Assembly (NCBI GenBank): GCA_050916045.1
Contig: CP051526.1
Location: 928,001-992,000, forward strand
From: Tepidisphaera sp.
Lineage (GTDB): Bacteria; Planctomycetota; Phycisphaerae; Phycisphaerales; UBA1924
Direction: 5' to 3'
DNA length: 64,000 nt
The notes below the pieces were generated by a model. The model saw only the letters and a list, made by a program, of their open reading frames with translations, did not search any database and was not told where the DNA came from. Below, one piece after another: positions 47,440 through 56,462 of the stretch; the first letter of the stretch is position 1; each line of letters starts with the position of its first letter. The translations under genes and the position numbers were made by a program.

Positions 47440-48224
47440 GCACGCCGCTTTCAAGTGTGATGACCCGCGCCGGCTGGGCCGCTTGTGCCGCTGCGGCGCT
47501 CGCCGCCATCGTCCTCATCAACGTTTCCGCTCCGGTCGTTTCCGCGCTCTTCGCCAGCGCCAAGGCCGCTCCCGTCAACAACGAGGAAGCCAAGCAGGCC
47601 GCGGATCGTTTCAAGGTCGCGACTGAAACCCACGTCGCTTCCATCAAGGGACGCTCGCTCTTCTTCATCCCCCCGCCCAAACCCAGACCTCGCGCCGAAC
47701 CGCCGCCCCGCGTTGCGGAGAAGCCGCCCGAACCGCCCAAGCCGACCCTCCCGACCCGTTACGGTGGGCCGTCGATCCAAGCGGTTGTGAACGGGACCGT
47801 GTGGTTCTCCGATGGCAAGAAGGTCGCGGTCGGCGAGAGCGCGGGAAGCGGCAGCAGCATGGTGACCGTCATCGCGGCCGAGACGCCGTGGGCGATCCGC
47901 GTCAAGTGGGATGGTGTCGAGTTCGACGTGCCCCTCTTTGAACGCGACGCGGTGGTCTATCCGGCGGCGAAGTCGTCCGAGACCAAAGCCGAGGCCAAGC
48001 CAGCGACGCCCGAAGCAAAGCCGGAAGCCAAACCCGAAGCCAAACCCGAGGAGAAGGCCGAACCCAAGCCTGAACTCAAGCCGGACGACAAGCCCAAACC
48101 GGCGGACTCCACCGGTACGCCCGACAAGATCGAAACAAAGACCACGACCCCTCCGAGCACTCCGACCAACGAATCCACCCCGGCCGCCGAACCGGCGAAG
48201 AAGAAGGATGAGGCCCCTCAGTGA
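47436..48224 (+). CDS. GspC/PilP-like protein with Pro/Lys/Glu-rich tail
   Basis: TM, 'RSLFF.PPP' and short beta domain; directly upstream of secretin. Confidence 0.45.
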   Translation: MSTPLSSVMTRAGWAACAAAALAAIVLINVSAPVVSALFASAKAAPVNNEEAKQAADRFKVATETHVASIKGRSLFFIPPPKPRPRAEPPPRVAEKPPEPPKPTLPTRYGGPSIQAVVNGTVWFSDGKKVAVGESAGSGSSMVTVIAAETPWAIRVKWDGVEFDVPLFERDAVVYPAAKSSETKAEAKPATPEAKPEAKPEAKPEEKAEPKPELKPDDKPKPADSTGTPDKIETKTTTPPSTPTNESTPAAEPAKKKDEAPQ

Positions 48225-50980
48225 AGCACTCCAAGAACCGTCAGAACCTCGCCGGATTCACGTCGGGCCCCGCGATTCTCCTCCTCGTTGCGGGTCTGGC
48301 GATGCCGGCGCTCGCTCAGCCCGCCGAGACCAAGCCGGCTGATCCCAAGCCCGCCGATGCCGCTCCGGCATCCAGCCCCACGCCGGCACCTGCCCCCGCT
48401 TCCGCCCCCGCTTCCGCGCCCGCGACTGCGCCCGCGCAACCCGCGACGACGCCCGCTGCTGCGCCGGCGACCCAGCCGGCCACCGCGCCCGCCGCCGGCG
48501 GGGCCAAGCCCGAAGAAGCCAAGCCCGGAACGAAGGTTGAGAAGCAGCCCATCCCGCGCACCGGACCCAACAACCGCCGCGGACTCAGCGGCACGCCCAC
48601 CGTCCTCGCGTTCAAGGGCGTCAAGGTCGAAGCCGTCATCCCCTTCATCGTGGAAGCGACCGGAAAGGTCGTCCTCCCGCAGGCCGACGTCATGGGCCGC
48701 ACCATCACGGTTCTCAACGATGAGCCGATCGCGCGTGATCGGGCCCTCGACCTTGTCTTCCTCGCGTTGCAGCAGGCGGGCGTCGCGGTCGTGGAGACCG
48801 AGGATCTGATCACCCTCCGCGACATCAACGACCTGCCCAAGCAGGACGTCCCTGTGCTCGGCCCGGATGAATCGACGCTCACCCGCACCGATCTGGGCAA
48901 CGTCGCGGAGAAGGTCTTCTCCCTGCGGTACGCTTCCGCGGAGAACCTCGGCACCATCATCAAGGAGTCGATTCCGGACTTCGCCAAGCTCAACGTCGAC
49001 AAGGTGTCGAACCAGATCGTCGTCATGGGCAACCTGCGCCTCCTGCAGCGCATCGAGCGCCTTGTGCAGTCGCTTGACCGCCCCAGCGCCGCCGCGCTGC
49101 AGACGGAGACGTTCCGTCTGCGGTACGCCGATGCCGATCAGGTCGCCACGCTGATCCGCGAGCTCTTTGCGGCGGACACGCGTGCGACCGGCGGCAATCA
49201 GAATCAGAACAACCCCTTCGCTCAGATCTTCGGCGGCGGCGGCCGCGGCGGAAACCAGGGCGGCGGGAACCAGCCGGGCGGCGGAAACCAGGGCGGGAAT
49301 CGCGGCGGGCAGACCGGAGGCGCGGACCCCAACGCCGTGCTCTCGAGCACGCTCCGTGTCTCCGCGAACAAGCAGCAGAACTCCGTGACCGTCGTCTCGG
49401 AGAAGCAGGTCATCGATCAGGTCCGCGAGCAGATCAACGACTATTGGGACAAACCGCTTTCCGAAGACCAGGTCGTGCCGAAGGTCTTTGACCTGCAGTA
49501 TTCCGACGCGATCAAGGTGCGTGACATCCTCGAAGCTTCCTTCGGCAAGGGAACGACCACGACCAGCGGGGGCGGAGGCAACTTCGGCGGTGGCGGCAAC
49601 TCAACCACCACCCCCGGCACGGGCCGCCTCGCCGGGCAGTTCTCCTTCCAGGCGATTCCCGAAGCCAACCGGCTCCTCGTCTTCGCGAAGAGCCCGGACA
49701 ACATGGACTACATCGAGCGGGTCATCCTCGACCTCGACAAGCCGCAGACCGCCGGCCTCCCGCAGATCGTCGAGCTCAAGCACGCTTCCGCCGAGGAGCT
49801 CGCCGAGCAGCTCAACACCCTCCTTGCACAGGACGGCACGCTCGCGAGCATCCGCCGGGCCGAAACCGGCCTCTCGGACAGCACAACCGGCCAGAGCCCG
49901 TTCGCGAGCTCGACCACCGATACCGCCACCAACAACGCGGCCACCGACACCGGAACCTCGTCCGAGTCGATCTCGTTCTGGTGGCAGCGTTCTCGGCCGC
50001 CGACCGACCGTCGCAATTCGTCCAACCTGATCGGCACCATCCGCATCGTCCCCGTCTGGCGACAGAACGCTCTCATGGTTCTCAGCCCGCCCGAGTATCG
50101 CTCGGCCGTGCTTGACATGGTGCAGTTGCTCGACCGGCCGGGGCGTCAGGTGCTGATTTCCGCGGTGATCTGTGAGGTCTCCGGCGAGGATGCGACCGCC
50201 CTGGGCCTCCGCTGGTCCAGCCAGACGCTCACGCCCGACCGCGGCGACAACTCGATCTCGATCGGGTCCGAAGCCGAGGGGACCAAAAACGACCTCCTCC
50301 CCGGCCTCTTCGACACGTCGACGCTCAACTCCAACATCAACCTCAATCTGCTCCTCCAGGCGCTGAACGAGAAGACCAAGGTCAACATCCTCTCCGAGCC
50401 CAAGATCTTCACCAGCGACAACCAGGAAGCCTCGTTCTTCGACGGCAAGGACATCCCCTTCATCAACGACCAGACCGTCAACCAGGTCGGCCAGACCACC
50501 GCCTCGTTCGACTACAAAGCCGTCGGCATCCAGCTCAAAGCCCGCCCCCGCATCACCGTCACCGGTGACATCGACCTTCAGGTCAACCTTCAGCTCGCGT
50601 CGATCTCGCCCGGCGAGGTCGTCCAGGGCGCCCTCGTCGTCGACCGCCGCGAGACCACGACCCACCTCATCCTCAAGGGAGGCCAGACCGTCGTGATCTC
50701 GGGCATCCTCCGCAAGGAAGAGCAGGACATCGTGCGGAAAATCCCCCTGCTCGGCGACATCCCGTTCCTGGGAGAACTCTTCAAGAGTCGCGAGAAGACG
50801 ATCACGGACAAGGAACTGCTCGTCTTCGTCACGCCCGTCGTCGTCGACAACACCGAGCAGCTTCCCAAAGCCAACGAACGCTACATCGACCGCCTCGAGG
50901 AGCTCCGAAGCCGCCTCCGCGAGAAGGAAGTTGACACCACGCCAGACTCCGCGGGCAAGCCCGTGGAGGCCGGCGGATGA
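48221..50980 (+). CDS. gspD: Secretin GspD
   Basis: N-domains (L.YA.A..L/V), LDRPGRQVLISAVI.EV, ILSEPKIFTSDNQEA, Y..VGI.L...PRI, RKIPLLGDIPFLGELFKS, ELLVFVTP. Confidence 0.95.
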   Translation: MKHSKNRQNLAGFTSGPAILLLVAGLAMPALAQPAETKPADPKPADAAPASSPTPAPAPASAPASAPATAPAQPATTPAAAPATQPATAPAAGGAKPEEAKPGTKVEKQPIPRTGPNNRRGLSGTPTVLAFKGVKVEAVIPFIVEATGKVVLPQADVMGRTITVLNDEPIARDRALDLVFLALQQAGVAVVETEDLITLRDINDLPKQDVPVLGPDESTLTRTDLGNVAEKVFSLRYASAENLGTIIKESIPDFAKLNVDKVSNQIVVMGNLRLLQRIERLVQSLDRPSAAALQTETFRLRYADADQVATLIRELFAADTRATGGNQNQNNPFAQIFGGGGRGGNQGGGNQPGGGNQGGNRGGQTGGADPNAVLSSTLRVSANKQQNSVTVVSEKQVIDQVREQINDYWDKPLSEDQVVPKVFDLQYSDAIKVRDILEASFGKGTTTTSGGGGNFGGGGNSTTTPGTGRLAGQFSFQAIPEANRLLVFAKSPDNMDYIERVILDLDKPQTAGLPQIVELKHASAEELAEQLNTLLAQDGTLASIRRAETGLSDSTTGQSPFASSTTDTATNNAATDTGTSSESISFWWQRSRPPTDRRNSSNLIGTIRIVPVWRQNALMVLSPPEYRSAVLDMVQLLDRPGRQVLISAVICEVSGEDATALGLRWSSQTLTPDRGDNSISIGSEAEGTKNDLLPGLFDTSTLNSNINLNLLLQALNEKTKVNILSEPKIFTSDNQEASFFDGKDIPFINDQTVNQVGQTTASFDYKAVGIQLKARPRITVTGDIDLQVNLQLASISPGEVVQGALVVDRRETTTHLILKGGQTVVISGILRKEEQDIVRKIPLLGDIPFLGELFKSREKTITDKELLVFVTPVVVDNTEQLPKANERYIDRLEELRSRLREKEVDTTPDSAGKPVEAGG

Positions 50981-52278
50981 AAACCCGCGGACGGCTGCTC
51001 GGTCTGCTCGGATGTCTCGCGCTCGTCGCGGGAGGCTGTGTCACGGAAGAGCCCGCCCGTTCCGGCCGCACGCCGCCTCCGAACCCCAAAGCGGCTTTGC
51101 AGCTTCCGTCCGGCCCGGTCGCGTCCCCTTCTCTCTCGGCCCAGCGTTCAACAGCCCGCCTGAGGCTCCAGATCCGCCCGCTCGGCAGCGTTCCATACGA
51201 CGGGCAGGTTCTGCCGCTGGTCTCGCCCGACGCGAGGTTCCTCGCGACGCAGAGCGGCATGGCCCCCTCCTGGGAGATCCTGCTCGCCGCTCCGGGCGAA
51301 CGCTCGGTCCCGTCCTCGAGGCCGCTCGTCAACGACATCACCCAGCAGCCGATGGTCGAGGTTTCGCCAAGCCAGCCCCTGCCCCAGGGCGTCATCCTCG
51401 GTCGTTCCTGCGATACAGCGGGTTATCTCGTCGAGTGTCCGCGCCCCGACGGCTCTCGATGGATTGGCAAAGCCGATTGGATCACAGGCAACATCGGCTG
51501 GGCTGCGAGCGACACGATGGTGAACGCTCACGCGACGCTGACGCAGGACGGCTCGGTCGTCTGGTCCCGTCGACCGGTGAGCGGCGAGAATGCACGGTTC
51601 GACCTGATGGTGAAGTCCTCCGGCGGCGTCACGCGGCTTTCCGATCCTGACTGGTCGTTCATGTTCCCGACGGTCGGCGACGACCCGGGCCTTATCTTTG
51701 CGTTCGCCGTCGGACGCAACTCGATGGACCTGATCGCCGTGCGTCTCGACACCCAGAACGGCCCGCCCCGCTTCGGTGCCGTCGTCAGTCGCCGTGTCTT
51801 CGCCCGCCAAGCCGATGTCGCTCTCGCGTACCAAGCCATCGCTGCCGCTCAGACGCCCCCGCCCACACCCGCCAAGCCGCCCGTCGGCTTGGTCTTCTAC
51901 AACCCCTCCGTCGGCCGCATGTCCGAGTGGGAAGCCAAATCAGGCGCGGTCGCGCTCCTCCCGGAGGAGTCCGTCGCCGCCGTTCGCAGCGCGCTCCTCG
52001 AAGAAGGCGGGTTCTTCGTCACCACCGCCAAGGGGCTCGTCTTCGCTCCCGACCTGGTTGGGCCGGCGATCAAAGCCGACGGCACGCCGAACACCAGACC
52101 CCTGCCCGCGCCGCTCTTTGATGTCCCCAACGTCGCTCGGGCGACTCTCAACCCCGAGGCGCCGATCATCATGGTCGGCCCCCTTCGCGACGCCGCCGCT
52201 CCGCGCCTCGCCGTCATCGCGGCGACAGCCGCGCCGGCCGAGCCAAAGAGCCCCTCATCGCAGAGCACGCCGAAGTAG
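50977..52278 (+). CDS. Lipoprotein of unknown function at end of T2SS operon
   Basis: Lipobox-like VAGG-C; VSPDARFLA suggests propeller blade; overlaps gspD stop (ATGA). Confidence 0.7.
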   Translation: MKTRGRLLGLLGCLALVAGGCVTEEPARSGRTPPPNPKAALQLPSGPVASPSLSAQRSTARLRLQIRPLGSVPYDGQVLPLVSPDARFLATQSGMAPSWEILLAAPGERSVPSSRPLVNDITQQPMVEVSPSQPLPQGVILGRSCDTAGYLVECPRPDGSRWIGKADWITGNIGWAASDTMVNAHATLTQDGSVVWSRRPVSGENARFDLMVKSSGGVTRLSDPDWSFMFPTVGDDPGLIFAFAVGRNSMDLIAVRLDTQNGPPRFGAVVSRRVFARQADVALAYQAIAAAQTPPPTPAKPPVGLVFYNPSVGRMSEWEAKSGAVALLPEESVAAVRSALLEEGGFFVTTAKGLVFAPDLVGPAIKADGTPNTRPLPAPLFDVPNVARATLNPEAPIIMVGPLRDAAAPRLAVIAATAAPAEPKSPSSQSTPK

Positions 52279-52301
52279 AGCATTCAAAGAACGCGTCCTT
52301 T

Positions 52302-53234
52302 TCAGCCTTCTCGAGTGGCGACCACCACGCGGTCGTGGCCCTCAAGGTCCCGCACCAGACGGGCGTTCACTAGGCCGGGCGTCGCGCGAGCCAGCTCAAG
52401 CGTCTGCTTGCCCGTCGAAGCCGCGATCTCCACCGCGATCAGTCCCCCCGGACGCAGGAACCGCACGCCGTCGGCGAAAAAGCGGCGGACGAGGTCAAGC
52501 CCGTCCTTGCCGCCCCGCAGCGCGAGCGCCGGCTCGTGGTTCTTGACGTTCGGCTCGACAGCCTCCCACTCGTGGTCGGGGATGTACGGCGGGTTGCTCA
52601 CGAGGTAGTGCAAGCTTCCCTCGGTGCGGGCGACGGCGTGCTTGTCGAGCGCGGCGAGCAGATCCCCCTGCAACAGGTCCATCCGGTCGGAGACGTTGTG
52701 CCGCTTGGCGTTCTCCGCCGCGACCTCGAGAGCTTCCGCCGAGATGTCCGTCGCCACCGCCCGCGCCTTTGGAAGCTGCTTGAGGAGCGTGACCGCGATG
52801 CACCCCGAGCCCGTGCAGATGTCCGCGATGAAGACGCCCTCGCCCGCGTTGGGGCCGGTCGGCCCGCCAAAGCCCGGCGTCGCTCGCGCGTGGTGAAGGA
52901 TCTCGTCGATGATCGTGCTCGTGCTGCTCCGCGGGATGAGCACGCGGCGGTCGACCTTGAACGGCAAGCCGTAGAACCACCCCTCGCCGGTCAGGTACTG
53001 CACCGGCTCATGGTTGAGAGCGCGCTGGACGAGCGACCGGAGCGTCTCGCGTTCGAGCGGCGAGGCGGGGCGGTCCGCTTCCATGTGAAGCTTCAGCCGT
53101 TCGCAGCCGAGCACGTGCGCGAGCAGGATCTCGCTCATGAGGCCGGGCGACTCAAGCCCCTTCTTCGTGAACGCTTGGCGCATCCAGAGAAGAAGCTTGC
53201 GCGTGGTCCAGAGTTCGGGGGCGGCCTGTGTCAC
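52302..53234 (-). CDS. prmC: Release factor glutamine methyltransferase PrmC (HemK)
   Basis: EPVQYLTG...FYG..F.V...VLIPR, DICTGSGCIA, VSNPPYI, EPALAL.GG.DGL, RDLEG.DR. Confidence 0.96.
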   Translation of the reverse strand: MTQAAPELWTTRKLLLWMRQAFTKKGLESPGLMSEILLAHVLGCERLKLHMEADRPASPLERETLRSLVQRALNHEPVQYLTGEGWFYGLPFKVDRRVLIPRSSTSTIIDEILHHARATPGFGGPTGPNAGEGVFIADICTGSGCIAVTLLKQLPKARAVATDISAEALEVAAENAKRHNVSDRMDLLQGDLLAALDKHAVARTEGSLHYLVSNPPYIPDHEWEAVEPNVKNHEPALALRGGKDGLDLVRRFFADGVRFLRPGGLIAVEIAASTGKQTLELARATPGLVNARLVRDLEGHDRVVVATREG

Positions 53235-53300
53235 GAGGGAGGATAGGGCTTCTCGATCCGCACGATTCCGCCCGATTCCTGGCTCGGGTACCCTTGGACC

Positions 53301-53909
53301 GTGACCGACGATGCCCATCCCGCTCGGGAAACCGTCACGTCTTCCGCACGGGCACGCGTCTTCGTCGAGTGCTTGGCTCGGGCGCTCACGGGTGGAGACC
53401 AAGCTTCGGCACGCGACTTCGAGGTCGTCGGCCGCGAGATGCGCAGGGCCCGGCTTCAGCGGGGATTTCCGCAAAGCCCCCGGTACTTCAAGTTCCGAAG
53501 GCTCGCGATCCTGGCGACGGTCCTCTGGGTGCCTGTCTTCTTGGTGCTGCTGATGTTCCAGATCGCCAGAATGCCTTGGGCAAGCGTGGAGTGGGTCTTT
53601 GGCACGATCTCGACCGCCATGCTCAGCCTGCTCTACGCCCCGGTCGTGGTGATCTGCTGGCTTCTCGCGCTCGTGCATCACCGATCCCCGCGCGTCGATC
53701 ACCGGGTCATCATCCGAACCGCGTGCCCAGCCTGCGAGTACGACCTTCGTGGCGTGGCGCCGATGCTGCCGGTGTCCAAGGTCGGCGGGGTGTGGTTGGG
53801 ACCCGAGCGATGCTCCGAGTGCGGCTTGTATTGGCCATTGATTCCCAAAGAGCTTGGCGGGCAGGACGCGGGCGACGCGCCGCAACCGGTCGGCGAGGGA
53901 CGAACGTGA
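53301..53909 (+). CDS. Two-TM membrane protein with C-terminal zinc ribbon
   Basis: CPACEYDLRG...GPERCSECGLYWPL. Confidence 0.75.
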   Translation: MTDDAHPARETVTSSARARVFVECLARALTGGDQASARDFEVVGREMRRARLQRGFPQSPRYFKFRRLAILATVLWVPVFLVLLMFQIARMPWASVEWVFGTISTAMLSLLYAPVVVICWLLALVHHRSPRVDHRVIIRTACPACEYDLRGVAPMLPVSKVGGVWLGPERCSECGLYWPLIPKELGGQDAGDAPQPVGEGRT

Positions 53910-54493
53910 GCAACGCGGCGAAGAAGATTCTCGTGGAGCGGCCCGAGTGGACGCGGAAGATCGACGAGGCGATCGCGGACGCGAACACCGCAGAAGCCAG
54001 ACGCCGCGTGGAGTTGCTCAGGCGGCTTGCCCGATCGGTCTCGACTCGACGCGACTACTGGAGCAGCGTCAGTTCGGGTGTAGAAGCCGCCGCCACGGCA
54101 CGGGGTCTTGTGCTTGGGTTTGCGATCGCCTTGACGATCATCGCCTTGCTGTTTTACGCCTCGACGGCTTTCTTGAGCACGGGTTTCTTGAGCGCGGTTG
54201 GAATGTGTCTGTCCGTGCCTGTCGGCTTCCTTGCGATCGTGCTTTGGATCATCCTGCTGGCGACCTATCTCAATCTCAATCCAGCCCACCATCGAGTTCT
54301 CGCGCGCGGTGGCCGATGCCCCGACTGCGGCTACGACCTTCGCGGGACGCCCTCGGCTGTCGACCCCTCGGAGCTGGAAGGCGTCAAGATCGGGCCACGG
54401 ACATGCCAGGAGTGCGGGTGCGCGTGGCCTCTGCTCTTTCCACCGGTCCCGGAAGAGGAAAGAGCAACCGTGTTCGTGCGTCGCGGCCCGTGA
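53906..54493 (+). CDS. Two-TM membrane protein with C-terminal zinc ribbon (paralog)
   Basis: CPDCGYDLRG...GPRTCQECGCAWPL; GTG overlaps upstream stop. Confidence 0.75.
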   Translation: MSNAAKKILVERPEWTRKIDEAIADANTAEARRRVELLRRLARSVSTRRDYWSSVSSGVEAAATARGLVLGFAIALTIIALLFYASTAFLSTGFLSAVGMCLSVPVGFLAIVLWIILLATYLNLNPAHHRVLARGGRCPDCGYDLRGTPSAVDPSELEGVKIGPRTCQECGCAWPLLFPPVPEEERATVFVRRGP

Positions 54494-54503
54494 GCACCCG
54501 AAC

Positions 54504-56351
54504 TCAGCAGTCACCTTCTTCGAGAGCGGTGACGAAAGCGTCGTAGTCGAAGAAATCCACGAACCCGTCCTGCGTGAAGTCCACCGACCCGCCGTTGCAG
54601 TCAAAGCCCTCGTAGCACTCGACGAACGCGGTGTAGTCGGCGAAGTCGCTGAAGCCGTCGCGGTTGAAGTCGGTCGCGCAGCGCTTCGGGCGGACAACGA
54701 ACTGGCTGACGATCTGCGGCTGACGTCCCGTGATGGAAGCGGGGTTCGCCAGCAGCTGATTCTCGGTGTACCAGTCGATGCCGTACGTCGTGACAAGGAG
54801 GTTCTGAGACTCGGCGTCGACCTGGAAATCTGTCCAGCCATACGTGTTGGTGGCCGTGTACCCGCCGACGAGCAACGTGGCGTCGATCGATGAGCCTTGG
54901 AGGCCCATCAGCGGGTAGCCCAAGGGCTGGATCTGAGCGTTGATGACGCCCTCGATGTAGGCCTCCTTGGTGGCAAGCGGGAGCGAGGCGTACACCGCCG
55001 GCGGCAGCGCGCCGGGGATACCCAGGTTGAACGCGATCTCAGCGACCGTGGGGCCGAACGGAGCGTCGAACGCCAGCGACCCCGTGGTGATCTCGAACGC
55101 GCCGGTCGGGATCTGCGGGCCGAACGGGCGGGTCTGGTAGGTCAGGTCGTTGACCAGTGTGCCATGGATGTCAGCCGACACGAACACGACGTTCTTGATG
55201 CCGTTGGTGGCGATAAAGTCCAGAATGATCGCCCGCTCAGCGGCGTAGCCCTCGAACCGGTCGGACGCGTTCAGAACACCCAGGTTCTGGATCGGCTCGG
55301 GCACCATCACGAACTTCCACGTCACGTTGTTCTGCTCAGCCACCGCGAGGTCGCCGAGAAGATCAGCCAGCTGCCGGAACGAGAGCATGGTCCGGGCGGG
55401 GTTGTACGCGGCGATGAGGTACTGGATCACCGAGTTCTGATCGAGCGGGTTGGCCGCGGGAAGGCCCTCGTCGCGGAAGCTCCGCGCGTCGAGCATGATG
55501 ATGGCGGCATCGCGACCGAAGGTGCGCGACCGGTAGAGCTCCGGGCGGTCGTCGGTCCGGGCATCGCCGATGGTCGCGTAGCGCAGGTCCTCGATGGGGT
55601 TGAACTCGGTGAACGCGCGGAGTCCGTCACGGTACCACTCGGAATTGTTCACCAGAGGCCCGGTCTGCCCGGTGAATCGCGCGTCGCTCGCGATGGGCGC
55701 CCCGCCCTGGAAGTCGTTGGTGACTTCATGGTCGTCGATGGTGGCGAAGGTCAAGGTCGAGGACCGCACGTCCGCGAGCACGTTGAGCCCGAACCGGCTG
55801 GAATACACCTCGTTGTTCTTGGCGCGGAACTCAGCGAGGGTCGTGCACTGGGCGAGCGGCACCGCGGGCGAGGGGAAGTCCGCGTAGACCGTGTCGCCGA
55901 GGGCCACGAAAGCGTCAAGGGCGAGATCCGCCGCGTTGCGCACACCGGGGTACGGGGCCAGCTCGCCGCGCCAGTCGCCGGTGACACCCATGCGGAAGCC
56001 GACCGTGCCAGAAGCAAGGGCTGCGGGAGTCTTGAATGTTCCCGTCGCCGAGCCCCCAACCGAATCGAGAGCGCTGTAGAAATAACGTGTGCCCGGCACA
56101 AGTCCCGTCGCCGTGAACTTGGCGGGTACAGCGGAACTCGCGGCGTGAACGTTCTGCGTGAGGACGATGTTCGTGAAGCCGGCGTCAAGGGCGACCGTGA
56201 ACGTCACGTTGCCCACCGCGACGTCCTTGGCCCAGAGCACGCAGGTTTGGCCGCGTGCGTCGCCCGCAGCCACCGTGATGGGCAGCGGGTCGCCCAAGCG
56301 GGCAGCCAAACCTGACGCACACACGATCGACGCGACGCTCATCAGGACCAT
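54504..56351 (-). CDS. phoD: PhoD-family alkaline phosphatase with C-terminal dockerin-like tag
   Basis: VAAGD....VLW, GL.PGTRYFY, LGDTVYAD, DDHEVTND, LDARSFRD, RTML..Q, TWKFV, SADIHG; ends CATDFNRDGFSDFADY...EEGDC. Confidence 0.9.
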   Translation of the reverse strand: MVLMSVASIVCASGLAARLGDPLPITVAAGDARGQTCVLWAKDVAVGNVTFTVALDAGFTNIVLTQNVHAASSAVPAKFTATGLVPGTRYFYSALDSVGGSATGTFKTPAALASGTVGFRMGVTGDWRGELAPYPGVRNAADLALDAFVALGDTVYADFPSPAVPLAQCTTLAEFRAKNNEVYSSRFGLNVLADVRSSTLTFATIDDHEVTNDFQGGAPIASDARFTGQTGPLVNNSEWYRDGLRAFTEFNPIEDLRYATIGDARTDDRPELYRSRTFGRDAAIIMLDARSFRDEGLPAANPLDQNSVIQYLIAAYNPARTMLSFRQLADLLGDLAVAEQNNVTWKFVMVPEPIQNLGVLNASDRFEGYAAERAIILDFIATNGIKNVVFVSADIHGTLVNDLTYQTRPFGPQIPTGAFEITTGSLAFDAPFGPTVAEIAFNLGIPGALPPAVYASLPLATKEAYIEGVINAQIQPLGYPLMGLQGSSIDATLLVGGYTATNTYGWTDFQVDAESQNLLVTTYGIDWYTENQLLANPASITGRQPQIVSQFVVRPKRCATDFNRDGFSDFADYTAFVECYEGFDCNGGSVDFTQDGFVDFFDYDAFVTALEEGDC

Positions 56352-56462
56352 GGGGAACCTCCTACGCGGGGCATGCCGCAGAAGCTATGGTCGCAGGCGG
56401 CTGTTCGGCCGATGGCAAGACTCGATTCGAAATGCATCAAGGTTGAAGACCGGGCCAGCCGG

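Noticed and set aside
52302..53885. 527-aa extended PrmC
   Set aside because: The extension overlaps the plus-strand zinc-ribbon gene; homology starts near GTG 53234.
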